A stretch of DNA of 64,000 nt, taken from positions 116,376,001-116,440,000 of the forward strand of contig NC_058373.1 in NCBI RefSeq assembly GCF_018350175.1, in the 5' to 3' direction. Source of the stretch: Felis catus. Its lineage: Eukaryota. The translations under genes were made by a program, and so were the position numbers. The notes beneath the pieces were generated by a model. That model was not told the DNA's origin. It searched no databases and was given only the letters and a program-made list of their open reading frames with translations. Below, piece after piece: positions 12,460-26,297 of the stretch (its first letter is position 1; every line of letters starts with the position of its first letter).

Positions 12460-12670
12460 TGCTTGGGAAAAGAGCTCTGGTCTCTGGGCTAGAGCGAATC
12501 CAACCTGGATTCTAAGCTGGCTTCATCACTTATTGGCTGTGAGATCTGGACAAGTGACTTAATATTTTAGAGGGAAACTATAAATTGGGGTAAAAACAAC
12601 ATGCTATAGAAGTGCAAGAAAGATCGAAGATAATGTATAAAAAGGATAATGAACATAGCAAAGGCTGTGA
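12460..12670 (+). mobile_element. MIR fragment
   Basis: gaaaagagctctgg..acctggattc..cacttattggctgtgagatctggacaagtgacttaa. Confidence 0.7.
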
Positions 12671-12699
12671 CTTTCCATCATCATTTAATGAATGCAAAT

Positions 12700-12930
12700 T
12701 TTAAAGTTATGAGATATTTTTCCATTCCTGGGCAAACATTTTCACTCTGGTAATGGACAACATTGGCAAGGCTGTGGTAAAGCAGGCCCTTCGCATGCTG
12801 TTGGTGGGGATATGAATTAGTATAATAGCTGTGAAAGGTGATTTGGCATTAAAGACCAATTTGTTAAATGCATATAATTTTTGATGTACCAATTCCACTG
12901 CTCTGAGTTTGTCTTGTGAATATATTAATT
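12700..12930 (+). mobile_element. Old L1M(E) fragment; probably continues at about 13480-13650
   Basis: ttggcaaggctgtgg..gctgttggtgggga..gatttggca..caattccact. Confidence 0.65.
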
Positions 12931-12939
12931 TTAATTAGG

Positions 12940-13049
12940 ATATTGGATTGATTTCTCCAATACCCAAACTAACGGTGCCTGAAACACATTAGAGATATAT
13001 TTCCTTCTGGAACATAACAGCCCAGCTTGATTAATCTAGGGCTGGGGTG

Positions 13050-13091
<42 letters not shown>

Positions 13092-13460
13092 GTGGGGGGA
13101 TGACTCCATGGCATCGGGGGCATACATTCCATTTTTGTTACTCCTCTGTCCCAGAATGCTTTCACTTCCTCACGTCGTGGAAGGCAGCTCCCTACCGTAG
13201 CCACATTCCAGCCAAAACCAATCAGGAAAGGGCTGGGGGGCACATCTCTTTCCTTTAAGGCCACAGTCCCAGAGTTGCACGCATCCTGCTATTATATCCC
13301 ACTGACTAGACCTCAGTCATATGCCCATACCTAAATGCAGGGATGCCGGGAAATACAGTCTCTATTCTGGGCAGCCATGTGACTACTAAAATTCAGGGGC
13401 TGTATGACCAAAGAAAGCAGAGGGGTTTGGTTAACAGAGACCATTGAGCAATTGCCAGTA
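12940..13460 (-). mobile_element. Old MaLR LTR (MLT1J/K-like) containing a (GT)n at 13052-13088
   Basis: ccacattccagcc..ctcagtcatatgcccatacctaaatgcagggatgccgggaaatacagtct. Confidence 0.7.
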
Positions 13461-13869
13461 GAACACCCAGATACATAGGTATGGTGTAGGCAGAAGGGTG
13501 TTCGCTGCAGCATTTTTTATAATTGGTAAAACCCTAGTAATGATTTGAATGACATCTACAAGTATGAGACTGACTAAACAGCGAATAATACATTTGTTCA
13601 GTGGAGTACTGTGCAGTAGTCAAAATGAACGTGGTAGATGTTTATCTGCTAATAAGACGCTTGCCTGCTTGGCAGGCTAAAAAGAGGTAGACACACGGGA
13701 GGTGGGCTTCCAAAGGCCATCAGCCTCTTCTCTGGGCAGACTGAATGATTGGCCCCGATCCTTTACCCCTCCCTGCATCCAGACCCTTGTCTTGGCCTTA
13801 ACACAGGCAAAGGGCATTTCCCTAAATATTGACTTTGGTCAAGGATGCGGATTGAAGTGATGCCTTCGG

Positions 13870-14104
13870 ATGTCTCTACTTGTCCTCTTGCATAGCTAAC
13901 TCCTGCCTCTTCAGCCTGGGCCCCCTCCTGAAGACAGGGTGGAGCAGAGTAGCCCATAAAAGCTCAGTGAGGACCAAAGTCATGCCAGCTGAGCTCAGCC
14001 CAGATCGCCAGCGGCGTCCGGCCAACCCACAGATCCGTGATAACGAGTGATTGCTATTTTATGCCAGTGAGTGTGAACCAGTTTGTCCTGTGGCAAACTG
14101 ATAC
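13870..14104 (+). mobile_element. MLT1-type LTR 3' portion
   Basis: ccagctgagctcagcccagatc..ttttatgccagtgag..gcaaactgataca. Confidence 0.6.
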
Positions 14105-14239
14105 ATCCCATCCTAGCCTCCATGGTCTGCTCTGTAGAATGATCCAAGAGACTACTGGAGGACTCCCATGCTCTGTGAGGCTTTCCTTCCCTCCCTGCAG
14201 AATAGACTTTTCCAATGTTTCCTTTTTTCCAGCGATGGA

Positions 14240-15370
14240 TTTGGATTTTAAAGAAAATTGCTTACATATCCTCATGTGTATATGATTGTTGAGCCTCAGT
14301 TAACCAGTTTGGGGTACAAATATATATATCACTCACATGCCTCCCTGTAGGAAGTCTAATACCTTCCTCTTGAGGCCTTGAATTGTCCTTTGGACTGAGA
14401 GCTCAATCCAAAGGGCTAACCTCCTTCCAAACGTCAGGCAGAGGGAGACCAGGGTGGGGTGTCTTGTCAGCCTCTAGCAGGACTGAGGTCTTCGTTGTCA
14501 TTGCTTCTGTTGTTGCCACACGGCATCTTGATGAAAACTGGTCCCATAAAGCCCAATGTGACCTGGTCCCTGCCCTCCTGGGATGACACTCAACCTGGTC
14601 CATGTCCTAGGCTGACTGTTGTGCCCATGTTTGCAAGTCTTGAGGGGGCTTCTAGCCCATGCTACGCTTCATGAGAAAAACAATCCCAACCTCATGGAGG
14701 AACAGACCGAACTCCCCTGCTGAGCTCTTTCTTCTGATGCGTTTCTTCTCAGGGTCTCTGGTTCCTTTTGTTGACGCTGGACCTTGGTACGGAGCATCTT
14801 AGCCTATCAGGAAGTTCTAGTAATATTAGCAGGATCCATTCACACTCTTTTGTCTCTCATCATTCATAGAACCCGGGCATCATTCTAACAACCGGGCAAG
14901 TATAATGTTCGAAAGTTAAAAGCCTGACTTTCTTACAAATAGAACGGACACATGTAAAAAACATTAACTCATTCATTAATGAGGGAAACAATAAATGGTA
15001 AGGCTGGTTCAGAGAGCATTGATGGCCACACAATCCTATTAAAGAAAGAATATTGGATGCATAGGTTAAGATACAAAACTGCTTAATATCCTACAGGGCA
15101 ATTAACCCTAAACTTTGAGGTTGTCTTTTCTACTGGACAGGAATCATTGGCATCTACACAGCTCTACAAGCTAACAGCCAACTTTCACAAAGCCTGAGCC
15201 CTTAACTAATCGTCAATAGTGTAGTCAAACCAGCATACGTTCTCCCAGAACGTGAATAATCCTTGGGTGGGCCTGGTGAGCAATATTTCAGCATGGCCTT
15301 GAAAGGACACGCAGATATCCTCGCGGCCTTGTTTCCAGCTTCTGGATAGTTTTTCTTAGCACTTGTCAGG
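14240..15370 (-). mobile_element. Probable ERV1-class (MER4-group) internal remnant
   Basis: Recalled MER4-group internal motifs (taactcattcattaatgagggaa, tagtcaaaccagcatacgttctcccagaa); no intact ORF. Confidence 0.45.
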
Positions 15371-16649
15371 TAAGCCTTTCAGCCAAAGCAGCTGGTCAAG
15401 GGCATGGCCTCGCAGCCGTGGGGCCCTGGACAGATCCTTCACTGTCAGGCAGGGGAGGGAGGAGTTGCTGACAGTGGACGTAGAATGCCAACGAGAAATG
15501 GCCAAACTTTCCCCTTCTGTCAACAGCTCCAGAGCTTTGAGCAGGAGGTCAGGCCCTGGTTAATTGGCTAGTCCTCCTGCCTGTCCGTTTCCTGTGCACC
15601 CACAGTTGTCCAAAGACAGGGCGCAGAAGAATAGGTCCCTTCTCTGAACCCCTGCACTGCTCTGTGCTTTCCCCGTGGCCTCTCTGCCAGTGACTTCTGT
15701 ATATTTTAGAAAGCACGAATGTGCTAGCATTTGAAACGTAGTCGCTTTCTTGTGGCTTCCTGCAGCCCCTACAGCAACTACAAAGTGTCCGTCACATAGT
15801 CAACGCTTTATAGACACCATTAGCCACACATCTCTGCCTCATCATATGCGGTCAGAGGTATCAAGGCTCGGGCCCCAGGTATTTTGCTCCAAGCTTCCGC
15901 CTTCGGTCTCCCCCCACCCAAGGCTGTACCCCCACCCGTCACCACCCCACCCAGCCTTTGAGACTCAGTTCTGTTTCCACGTCCTTCGTGGGGGGGGGGG
16001 GGGGAGGGGGAGTCTTCTCCCTACTTGCAATGATTCCCTCTTTCCCAAGCGGCTTTTCCCTGTACCCGGGGGCACCTCATCCTGCTGTGTCTCACGCATT
16101 TCACACTGCCCCAGGGTAAGGGGCTTCCGGAGACCAGGTATTAATCACCTTGATGTTCCCGGGCAAGGCTTTGCACCTAGTGATGCTAACAAGTGCTGTC
16201 TGACTCAGAGAATAGCAGTGAGTTCAGGGCTGGCTGTTTCTAGTTTTGTAAGCAAGTTCTTTCTTGCTTGCTGTGGGCAGTGCAGGATTCGGGCCTCCAA
16301 GGTGCTGAGCAGGAGACACATGGCGCCTGTCCTTTCCCACAGTAGGAGTCCATGGCAACCAGCTGATAACTGGAGCACGTCCTTTCATGCTTAATCAACA
16401 GCTCTTCGATTCTGTACTGGGGGACGAGGCGGGGGAGGCGGCTGCTTGCTGCCTTTGCTATTGTCCTAGTCCGCAACAAACCCAGGACACGGAGCCGGGC
16501 CTGATACAGAGGCAAGCGGCCCTCGGTGAACGCCCAGAGAGCCCAGTGGCTCCTGTGAGCTTCTGCCAGAGAAAGGCCTCGCCTTCCTTTGCAGCTGGAT
16601 GCTACAGGGGAAGCAGTCGAGGCTTTGCAGCTCAGGCGGTGAAGTTCTA

Positions 16650-17020
16650 GAAGCAAGCTACTCCACGTGCGGTGCAGGGACCAGCAGCACCGCATTACCT
16701 GGAGCTGAGGAGAGCTGCAGCGTCTGGGGCGCTACCCGCGCCTTCTGCGTCCGAACCTGCATTCGGGGAGATCCCCTGAGCCACGCGTGCGCGCACTAAG
16801 TGCGAAAAGCGAGGCTCTAGTTAATCCCAGGCTCATCAGCAGGCGATCAGCCCCACCGGTGCGGACCCAGGGTCTGAACTTGGAACCCCTGCAATGGGAC
16901 ATCCTGATACGTCAACCAGGAATGTCCTAAGGCGGTATCGCTGGGGGCCCCGCCCCCCCGGCTGGAGACCGGAAGTGCCCAGACGCAGTCGGATTTGTTA
17001 CACCCGCGAGAGTGACAAGC
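16650..17020. promoter_or_regulatory. CpG-rich promoter-like element
   Basis: Local CpG retention; NRF1-like cgcgtgcgcgca 16784-16795, GC box 16948-16957, ETS accggaagtg 16968-16977. Confidence 0.45.
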
Positions 17021-17444
17021 ACAGAACAGGAATGGATAGCTGAGCTGTGACCCAGTAACGTCTTTACAGTCTTTGCAGAACTGAGGCAAAAACTGGCTAG
17101 GAGGCCAGCGCCCGAGTCCCTCACCCGGCTCCTGACTCAGGGTCTCAGGCTGCACAGAAAAATGAAGCTGCGGGCAGAGCTGAAAGCCAAGGCCCACGAG
17201 GGCTGACCCTGAGCCCGCGTTCCCTCTGGGCCACCCAGAGCCATGGCAGAGACTGTGCGGGACTTTAAACAGGTGACAGCTGGGATTCCGTGAGCTCCCC
17301 TGCACCGGAGGGAGGGTGTGGTGGAAGACAGCCAGCGCCACAGGCCGTTAACGACAGCAGACCCTGTGGCAGAGTCCCCGGTGGCCCTCTTGTCCCTACC
17401 TGCTCAAGTGTCCACAAAAACTCTTTGAGATACGTTCACTCTTT

Positions 17445-17660
17445 TAAAACTGCTTTATTGTGGTATAATTTACATACCATAAACCCCACCCATTTTAAGT
17501 GCACCATTCAATGACTGTTAGTGCGTTTACAGTCGCGTCACATCCCCACAGTCTAATTTCAGAACATGCCCATCACCCCAAAAAGGAACCTCTGTGCCCC
17601 TTTGCAGTCGCTCCCCGTTCCCACCCCCACCCCCTGGCAGCCACTAGTCTACTTCCTGCC
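17445..17660 (-). mobile_element. L1M 3' end fragment
   Basis: gctttattgtggtataatttacataccataaa..cccattttaagtg..catcaccccaaaaagga. Confidence 0.8.
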
Positions 17661-18559
17661 CCTCTAGTTTATTTTCCTAAGTGTCCAGAAAACTGAGTTC
17701 GAGCACTTTCCTGACCCAGATTTCCCAATCACCCTTACAGGGCTCACCCTCTGCTGCTTTCTCCTGCCAGGGGAAGAAATGGTGTAGAAATGCACACAGT
17801 AGGCATATATATAATAAGTCTTTTAGAAGGAAAACAAATGTGCTCCCATTTTCAGTGCATTTGCATTTTGTAAGAGAAAGGGGAGTGACCTCAAAGGAAC
17901 TAAACTTTAACGGGGATATTTGGGACCCTGGGGCCCTCACAAACTCACCCCACGGGTGAGCTGCTGTGCTCCTTGAAAATCAGGATGTGGTGTCTTCGAG
18001 AACCACATGCTCCCTGTTTGCCAGTCTGGGCCTCAGAGCAGACGTTCCAGCCAGCACTTGATCTTGGACTCTAGGTAGGGGGAATGGAAGGAGCTCCCGT
18101 CCTGCACTTTAACCCCCTCCCCCCCCCCCCCCGCCCTGTGTCACCTGGCTCTTACCCTAGTTTCCCGTTCCCCCGTGTTTTCACAGCTGAGTGCCTGTCC
18201 TATCTCTCCAGCCTCCAGGCCCTCGGCTGTGGACATTTATTGTGCCATTTGCCTGGCATCTCCTCCGGCCCCTTTTCCGGAACCAGAACCCTCCCTCCTT
18301 TGGGGAACACTCACCTCCTTAGGATACTTCCTGTCTTTCTGTTTCAGACTTACCCTTCTACACCCTGCTCGGGGTGCTGGGGCTGGGACTCCATAGACAC
18401 ATTTCTACTTTGCTACTGCAAAGCTTGCTCGCTCAGGTCTGCAGAGAGGGGACTTTGGGGGGGGGTCGCTGAGACGCAGGAGGAGGGCGGGAGGGCACAG
18501 AGGAACTTGCTGCTGCTTATGGTCTTCTGGCTCCAGTAGCTGCTTTCCGCACAGCCCCC

Positions 18560-19060
18560 AGCTTTACGGAGACATGATTGACGTGTTGTGTAAATTTAAG
18601 GTATACAACGTGTTGATTTGATACACTTACCTTCTGCTGACTGAGTACCACCCGAGGGGTAGAGAGCCCCCGCATCCTACTATTTTTCTTGAGATGTAAT
18701 TTACAAACGAGGGAATTCACTCTTAGCAGTTGTGCTTCCAGCACTACAGTCTTCTCTTACAACATTGTCATCAGCCCAGAAAGAAACCCCGTGAGCAGTC
18801 ACTACCCACCCCCCCCACCCCCCCCACCCCCCGCCCCAGGCAACCACCAATCTCCTTTCCATCTCTATAAATCTGCCTTTTCTGGATGTCTCCTAAAAAT
18901 AGAAGCATCTAATCTGTCCTCTTGTGTCTGGCTTCTTTCCACGAAATGTCGCCGAGATTGATTCATCACTATTCGACCCCTTTTCACTGTCAAATGGTAC
19001 GCCATTGTGTGGACGCGCCACGTTCTGTTGCCCCATCAGCAGTGAGGCACACGGGTCTGC
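18560..19060 (-). mobile_element. L1M 3' end fragments
   Basis: tgtgtaaatttaaggtatacaacgtgttgatttgatac; ccccaggcaaccaccaatctcctttc. Confidence 0.7.
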
Positions 19061-19322
19061 CATTGCAGCTCTCCAACCCAGCTCCACTGCGTCCCCCCCC
19101 CTCAGAGACGGGGTGCCCTCCTCAAAAGGCTGGGTCTCAGCGCCCGGGGTCCTTCTCCACATTCCTAAGCATGATTAATTCCAGCATCTTCCTCCTGTCC
19201 CCAGCCCTAGGGTTAGTCGCTGTTCCAGGCAGTAGGTAGCTCCGTGATCCAACTGAATTCTCTTTTTACCTTTCCAGTTATCCATTGAACAACTTTACAC
19301 GTAATTAGAAGTTCTTTATAGA

Positions 19323-19533
19323 GGGGCGCCTGTGTGGCTCAGTCGGTTAAGTGTCCGACTCTGGCTCAGGTCATGATCTTGCGGTCTGTAGGTTGGAGCT
19401 CCACCTCAGGGTCTGTGCTGACAACTCAGAGCCTGGAGCCTGCTTCAGATTCTGTGCCTCCCCCTCTCTCTACTCCTCCCCCACTCGTGCTCTGTCTCTC
19501 TCTTTCAAAAATAAATAGTAAACATTAAAAAAA
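19323..19533 (+). mobile_element. CAN-SINE
   Basis: Canonical head and A-rich tail. Confidence 0.95.
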
Positions 19534-20394
19534 ATTTTTTTTAATTTTTTATAGAACTGTCTCTGTTCAAATAACAGATGTGGTTTTTGTCTCTTGACTG
19601 CGGTGATTCACATATGTGGTCTAAATGGACCTCTGAGGGCCCCGCCTCCTCGGTTCCTGCCATTGGCGGGTAGCATGTCCGTCCAGGTGAACTAGACAGT
19701 GTCCTTCCCTGTGAACTTTGTAACTGAAGCATGGCTAGAGGAGGAAGGTGACAGGTGACTTTCTCCTCTCCGTGGTAAAGTACAGTGATGGTGGGACTGG
19801 GGGCTGCCTGCGGCTGGAGAAAGTAGGCCTGAGAGCACAACAGCAAGCAGGAGGGGGAGGGGTGGTAGCAGATTCAAGAAGCCCATGGAAAGTGCCTCCT
19901 GACGGCACTGGGGTCCTGGTTCCAGCAGGTGGTCTGGGGAGCGGCCCTCATTCCGCTAATCCAGGCCCAACTGTGTGAGCTAATTTCTATCTTTCTACTG
20001 AATGTCATGTCCTTTCCTGGCACCCCTAACCTAGCTGAGTTCGGTTTCCCGTTCTTGCAACCCCAAGTATGCAAGGCTACACCCTGACTGTTGGGTTTCT
20101 TCCCTCTGGGTTTCTTCCTCCAAGACCTGGATTTCTGCAGTGTCCATCGACTACCCTCTAGAACCTTCCCTGATCTTTCTGGTCTATGCCTGGCTGATAA
20201 CAGTACTTTGGGGGCAAGGACTGAGCCAAAGCTGCAAAGGTTGAAGTCCTAGAGTGACCCATGTTACCCAGCTGGTGTGGACAACCTCCCCGCGTGCAGG
20301 TGGCTGGCACAGCATGGTGGCTGGTGTGACGGATGCCTTTGTTCGCAAAGTATCGAAGTAGAGCACAAAACCCAGAGGCTCTGCCCAGTCTCCA

Positions 20395-20586
20395 TTTTTT
20401 TTTAATCTATTTATTTTGAGAAACAGAGAGGGTGAGAGGGGCAGAGAGAGGGAGAGAGACGGAATCCCAAGCAGGCTCTGCACTCTCAGCGCGGAGCCCA
20501 ACGCGGGGCTCGAACCCACGAACTGTGAGCTCATGACCTGAGCCGAAGTCAAGCTTAACCAACTGAGCCCCCCCAGGAGCCTCCCC
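20395..20586 (-). mobile_element. CAN-SINE with TSD cccagtctccattttt
   Basis: Antisense SINE; flanking repeat at about 20384 and 20590. Confidence 0.93.
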
Positions 20587-21119
20587 CGCCCCAGTCTCCA
20601 TTTTTAATCAAGAGGCAGTGTGCACCCCAGAAGGGGAGCCAGTGCCATCCAGCTCCGGAAGTTGTGTAGGGGGATCTCCTCTCTCTGGGGGTGTTGATAT
20701 TCACACCCTCGTTCTGACTTTGCGCAAATCAGCAGGCCTGAGGATACGTGGATCCTGGCTGTGATTCGAGCATCAGCAGACACAGCTACCCCCACCTGTC
20801 CCCTGGGCTACTGCTTTTCATAGCGGTGCAGATTCGGCCACCATAGTGTGCTGAGATGTGATGGCCCTTTTCGGGAGGCAGGCCGCTCTCCAGAGTTGCT
20901 GCTAAGGTGCTGTGGCCAGCACTGGGAATTAAGAGTCATAATTCACATATTCATGCAGTCTCCGGTGTGTTTCTTCCTCTGGTTTCTCTCCTCCCTGGTA
21001 CCTAATAATAACCCAGCTGCCCATCTGTTGAGCACTTACCATATCTGCCAGGAGCTGTGCTAAGTACTTTCCATGCACTATCATAGTTATCCTCACAACG
21101 CTGCGAGGTAGGTAATACT

Positions 21120-22080
21120 TTTTAAATAAACTTTTTAATTTTATAACAGTTTTAGATGGACAGCAAAATGACAAAGAAAATTCACAGCCTTCTTGTATAT
21201 GCCACGGCTAGTTTCCGCTATTATTAACGCCTTACATTAGCATGCTCCGTTGGTCACAATGAATAATTCAATATTGATACATAATATTAACAAAAGTTGG
21301 AACTTTGTTCAGATTTTGCCGGTGTTCATATAATGTCCTTTTTCTGCTTAAGGATCCCATCTTGAATGTCACATCACATTTAGGTTCCTCTTGGCTATGA
21401 TAGCTTCACAGAATTCTCTTGTTTTTTTAATGACCTTGACGATTTTGAGGAGTGCTGTTCAGAAATTGTGTAGACTATCTGGCTACTGTAATTCGATGTT
21501 CTTCTTGTGATTAGACCAGTCTTACTGTGTTTGGGGAGGAAGACCACAGATGTGCCTTTCTAATCCTATCAAATCAAGGGCACATGCTGCTAATATGACA
21601 TATTGCTGTTGGTGTTAGTCTTGGTCACTCGGTCTCAGGTAGGACTTGTCGGTTTTCTCCACTGTGGTTACACTTTTCTCCCTCTTTCTGTATGGTCCTC
21701 TTTGGAAAGAAGTCCCAGTGCACATCCCACACCTCCTTCCGGGCAGCACATCTCTATGAATTATTTGGAATTCTTCTGCATGGAAAATGTGTCTCTTCTT
21801 GCCCATTTATTTATTTATCCAATCATTTCTTTATATCAGTATGGACTCATGGAAATTGATTTGGCACTTTGGGCTATAATCTGATGTTACTTTCTCTCTT
21901 TTGTTGCTCAGATTGTTACAGCTTTAGTCACTGGGAGTTCTTTTGCTTGTCCCCTGTGTCCCTTTGACAGACCGCCCCCTTGCCCCCATCTTTGTGAGCT
22001 GGGGGTGGGGGGGAGAGCGGTGGGGGCGAGCGGGGTTGTGTTTTGTCTTTTCAGCACTTCCTTACTTCCTGGCACTACGT
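21120..22080 (-). mobile_element. L1MC/MD-like 3' end, inserted into a MIR (about 21000-21120 and 22090-22130)
   Basis: tttttaattttataacagttttagat..aatattgatacataatattaac..ttggggaggaagaccacaga. Confidence 0.8.
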
Positions 22081-25000
22081 GAAACTGCTGCTTGGAGAAG
22101 TTAAATAATTTGCCCAAAGTTGCATGGCTATGTTACTCCTTCCTAAGTCTTCTCATTTCATTAGAAAGCACCGTCTGATTCCCAAGCTTTGTAGACTATA
22201 AAGTATTGCATCTGTACGAGTTATGGTTATTGTTATTACTGCCTCGTGGTTTGTCTGGTTGGTTGGTTGGGTTTTTGTTTTTGCACAAACCTCTGTGATT
22301 GGCACATGCCGTGTACAGCGAGCAGCCAACGCAAATGGGGATTCTTCCAGCCTTCCTTGTGTCCGTCCCCGACTAGGCCCAAGGCGCGCACAAGAGCTGA
22401 GTCAGGAGGTTCTTGGAGAGCGTCCGCCAGGCCCAGTGGCCCTGGAGAGAGAGTGGGTCAGCATTGCTACCTTTCTCATCCACCTGGGCTGCCATCAGCA
22501 ACTATCTGCCGGGGATGGGAGGTGGAACTGACATTGGAAATTGCCAGAACTCTGTCTGAGGCCCCTCGCGAAGGGAGACAGAAGACCTGAGAAATGAGAG
22601 GTAGAACCAGCCAGAGGGAGAATTGCAGGCACCCCCGGCTGGGCTTGGGTTTGGGCACCCCTGTACATGTGTGCTGGCGGGGTGGGGAACACCCCAGTAG
22701 AGGCAGCTGGGACAGACCTGGTGCAGCTAAGCTGACCCTGAGCCGTCCAGTCCCCAGTGGGGCCCCTCCCCCGGTAATCAGCTCCTTTCCATCTAGTACT
22801 TTCCTTTGCCTGCTATGTTCCCCTTTGCTGGGGGTGGGGTGGGGGGATGGGGGAGATGAGCCCTGCAGCCTTTGTAGAAGCCCTCAGACTTGGACCAGCT
22901 CTCCCCATCCACCCTAGCCCAGGCCTGGCCCCCAGCCTGGAACAGGGGCTGGGTTTTTTGATGCAACAGTGGAGGGCGTCGGGGGTGGGCGGTGATGTGC
23001 AGAGCCCAGGGCCCTGGGCTGGCTGTGGAGACCAAACACATGGAGGACGAGGGCGGTATTAGGTTGGTGGCAGCGTGGGGGTCTTGTCCTCTCTCTATTC
23101 CTCAAACTGTCTGTAGAACGGTACCATCTATATCTTCACGCCGAGGGGAAAACCCAACAAAGCATGGATTCACCACCTGCAGAGACAGATGAATTTTCAG
23201 CGAAGTTTAGACAAGAAGAGGGGGCCTCGGGGGCCAGTGGGAAGCAGCAGCTGCAGAAGCCTCTCTCCAGGGGAGTATGCCAAACGGTTCACTCCCTCCC
23301 CAAGCGGGAGGCCCCAACCCCAAGTAACAGCACAGTTGGGCTCAGCGGATCCGGCTGGGCAACACCTCTCCCCACTCCCACGTCCTTGATACTCTCCAGG
23401 AAGGACTGGGCAGGACTTGTGTTCTTCCACCCATTAAGGCCTTCCTTCGGCAAACGTTTGCTAAGAGCTAGGTGCGAATGCTTCTTCCTTTCCAAATTAC
23501 ACGGGAATGCAGCTCGCTGACTAAAATAAGTGGCTCCCAGGGGTGTTTGGAATAGGCTTCCCCATCCTTGAGTTTTGGCTTCCACGGTAGTCCCTGGCCC
23601 TCCCGCCCCAGCTCTCGTTATGTCGCGTTGCTCCGAGGATTGATTTTTCCGTCCTAGTGTTTAAGCAGCAGCAGAAGAGAGTCTGCCGAGACCAGAAGGC
23701 AGCATGCGTGGGGCTGGGGATGACAGAGCCACGCGGCTCTATTCTCGAGCACAGTGGGGTGCCAGCTGCCACCCTCCTTGTACCCTGGATCAGCGTGCCA
23801 CTTGGATGCAGCTGAGACAGTGAGGAGGTGTCTCGGGGACAGAGACTGGAACGAAATCCAAGCTAGACGAGGCGTAGGTTGGGATGGGAGTGGGATGTGT
23901 AGGTTCCTTAGATGTCCGAGGAGGAGTGGCCAGGTCACCTGCCATCTCAGAGCTGGTCAGCAGTGCGGTGGGACCCGGGCCCGGTGAGGGCCTTCTTGGC
24001 AGGGGGAAGCTCACACACAAACAAGCCAGTGCACAAGCATCCGGGGACATAATAAATCCTTGCCTGGAACCCTCTTCTGTCCACACTGCTCACCTCCTCA
24101 AGCGTCACCTCCTCAGAGAAGGTGTCTCAAAGCTCGCAGCCTGTCATTCCTGTTGTCACACAATTTCAGAGATCACTCCATACTCCTCTCCTCCATGGAA
24201 CTGGTGAGTTTTAAGTTGCAAATGTTTAGTGTGATTATTTGACGGTATTTGATAACCAGAGCTAAGAGAGGGGACTGTATCTGTGTTTGCTCAGCACTGC
24301 ATATGGCATGTGCAGAGGTAGGACTTCTCGGCAGTTAATGAAACTCAGGCTCGGGACGCTCCCCTGCGCAGACCCATTAAGAGCTGGTAGTCATTCTAGA
24401 ATGTTCTAGTGTGGCAAGCCACAACAAGGGAAGCATTTCTATATCGGCATGGCAGGCCATTTGCCCCAAAAGACCTCAGAATAAGGACCCAAATGCCCAA
24501 GACACTAATACTATGTTGTGACTTCTCTTTCCACATTTTGAAGGCCTGTCACGAAGAGAATACCCATGACGTGACATGCTTGCCAGCATTGCCCACCGTT
24601 GTTTTCTGATTGTTGACGGTTTGGGGGATTTCAAATTCTTTCCGCAGAATGCCATCGTAGTGAAAACTTCCAGAATTGGCTTATACTTTTGGTTTTGTTA
24701 TTCCCGATAACACACTCCTAGTAGAGTGTCACCCTTCTCATCTTCCAAACACCCTTCCCAGTCTTCCTGAAAACACTCCCCCAGCTCAGGTGGAGGCGGC
24801 CAGCCCTCTGGAAGCTGGTGCTCAGGGATCAGCCCAACACGTCTCCAGGGAGATAGTTTTTCTGAGAACAGCCGTTCCAACCAGTCAACATTTATTGAGT
24901 GTCCTCAGCCCATGGAAGACACCAGTTAACCAGTGTCGAGCTGGCTGTGTCTGGAGGAGGCCGGGCGTCCCAGGAAGCAGGGAGGTGCTCATGATGGGGG

Positions 25001-25139
25001 CTGGGCTGGCCAAGACAAGCAGGGTCTGGGAGATGCTTGGTTGGAGAGACAGAGGTGAGGAAAGTGAAGTTCAAAGACAGGAATATGGCCACAAATACAG
25101 GAAGGAAATTACTTCCCAGGACACATGGGCTGTTGCAGA

Positions 25140-25370
25140 GAATGATAATGATAATGCGCGGCTATAGTTTCTTGAGTGCTTACTGTTTGCCAGACATTTT
25201 TGTATGTATTTGAAGTATATTCTTTTATTTCTCACGGCAACTCCAGGAGATGTACACTCTTTGTATCCCCTGAGAAAATGAGGCCCTGAGAGGTAGAATA
25301 ACTTTCCTAATGTCGCCCAGCGCGTAAGGGGTGGCTGCAGGGCTTACACCGTGGCGGTCTGAGCTTGTGG
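25140..25370 (-). mobile_element. MIR
   Basis: ttgagtgcttactgtttgccag..tgagaaaatgaggccctgagaggtagaataactttcctaa. Confidence 0.75.
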
Positions 25371-26089
25371 TCACCGTGCCCCCCGAAGCACAGAGGCCAC
25401 CATTAGGGTTTCTCTGTGGCAAGTGTAACAGGCAGATCCCCGAGGACTTTGCCATCACGGACACCTCACGGGGAAGGCACAATACAAAAGTGCTCTTGGA
25501 CATCTATGAAGAAAGTGCTAAGCGGGGCATCCCAGGGAGTCAAGGAGGTCCTGGAAGAAGGTGGCATTTGAGAAAGTGGAGAAGGGGGCGAGGAGATTCC
25601 AACAGGCAGAAAAGGTGGCAAGGATGTGCCTGTCCACTCATCTGTGGCCTGGGAGGAGTTTGAGGAAAGCCGGAGGCCTCTGACTGCTCCCCTGGAGGGT
25701 GCTCGGTGGTGGTGGGGGGGCCTTTTGACCGGACGCTGCTTCTGCCATCTGTGGCCTGGATCTGAGCCATGACTCATAGAGTCCGCCCTTGGGAGCGGTG
25801 ACGAGCTAAGCTATCCGTCTCGAAGCTGCTGGCACACAACTGGACGGAAAGGCAATCCCCGTGAAGCCCTTATGAAGGGAGATGGGCCTTATGAAATCTG
25901 TCCCACCTGCAGATGACCAGGCTGACTGCTCCCACGCAGTGGGTTCATCAGAAAACGGTCCTTGCCACAGCCGCAGACAATTCTTTTATCAGGATTAATA
26001 CTTCAACTGCCAGGCTGGGGGGGTTTTTTGGTGGGTTTTTTTTTTTTTTAGGTTTATTTTTATTAAAAGCTAGGGGGATCAGCCTGGGG

Positions 26090-26297
26090 CAGCACTGTCC
26101 AGTAGAACTTCCGGTGATGATGGTATAATCTGGTCTGTTGAGGGTGACAGCCATTAGTCACCTGTAACTATCGAGTGCCCAAAATGTGACCAATGTGACT
26201 GAGAAACTCAATTTTTCATTTCACTTAATTTCAATTCATTAAAATTTCATTGGCCCCCAATGAAATTGGCTAGTAGCTGCTGTATTGGACAGCGCAG
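26090..26297 (+). mobile_element. MER3 (hAT-Charlie non-autonomous DNA transposon)
   Basis: Terminal inverted ends cagcactgtccagta / tattggacagcgcag and a MER3-like body. Confidence 0.85.

Noticed and set aside
11524..12492. Longest ORF (322 aa, + strand)
   Set aside because: Reads through a CAN-SINE, a (CT)n(CA)n microsatellite and MIR sequence; SLSLSL/HTHTHT composition; no domain
16289..16309. RE1/REST-like site (tccaaggtgctga)
   Set aside because: Only one half-site matches well
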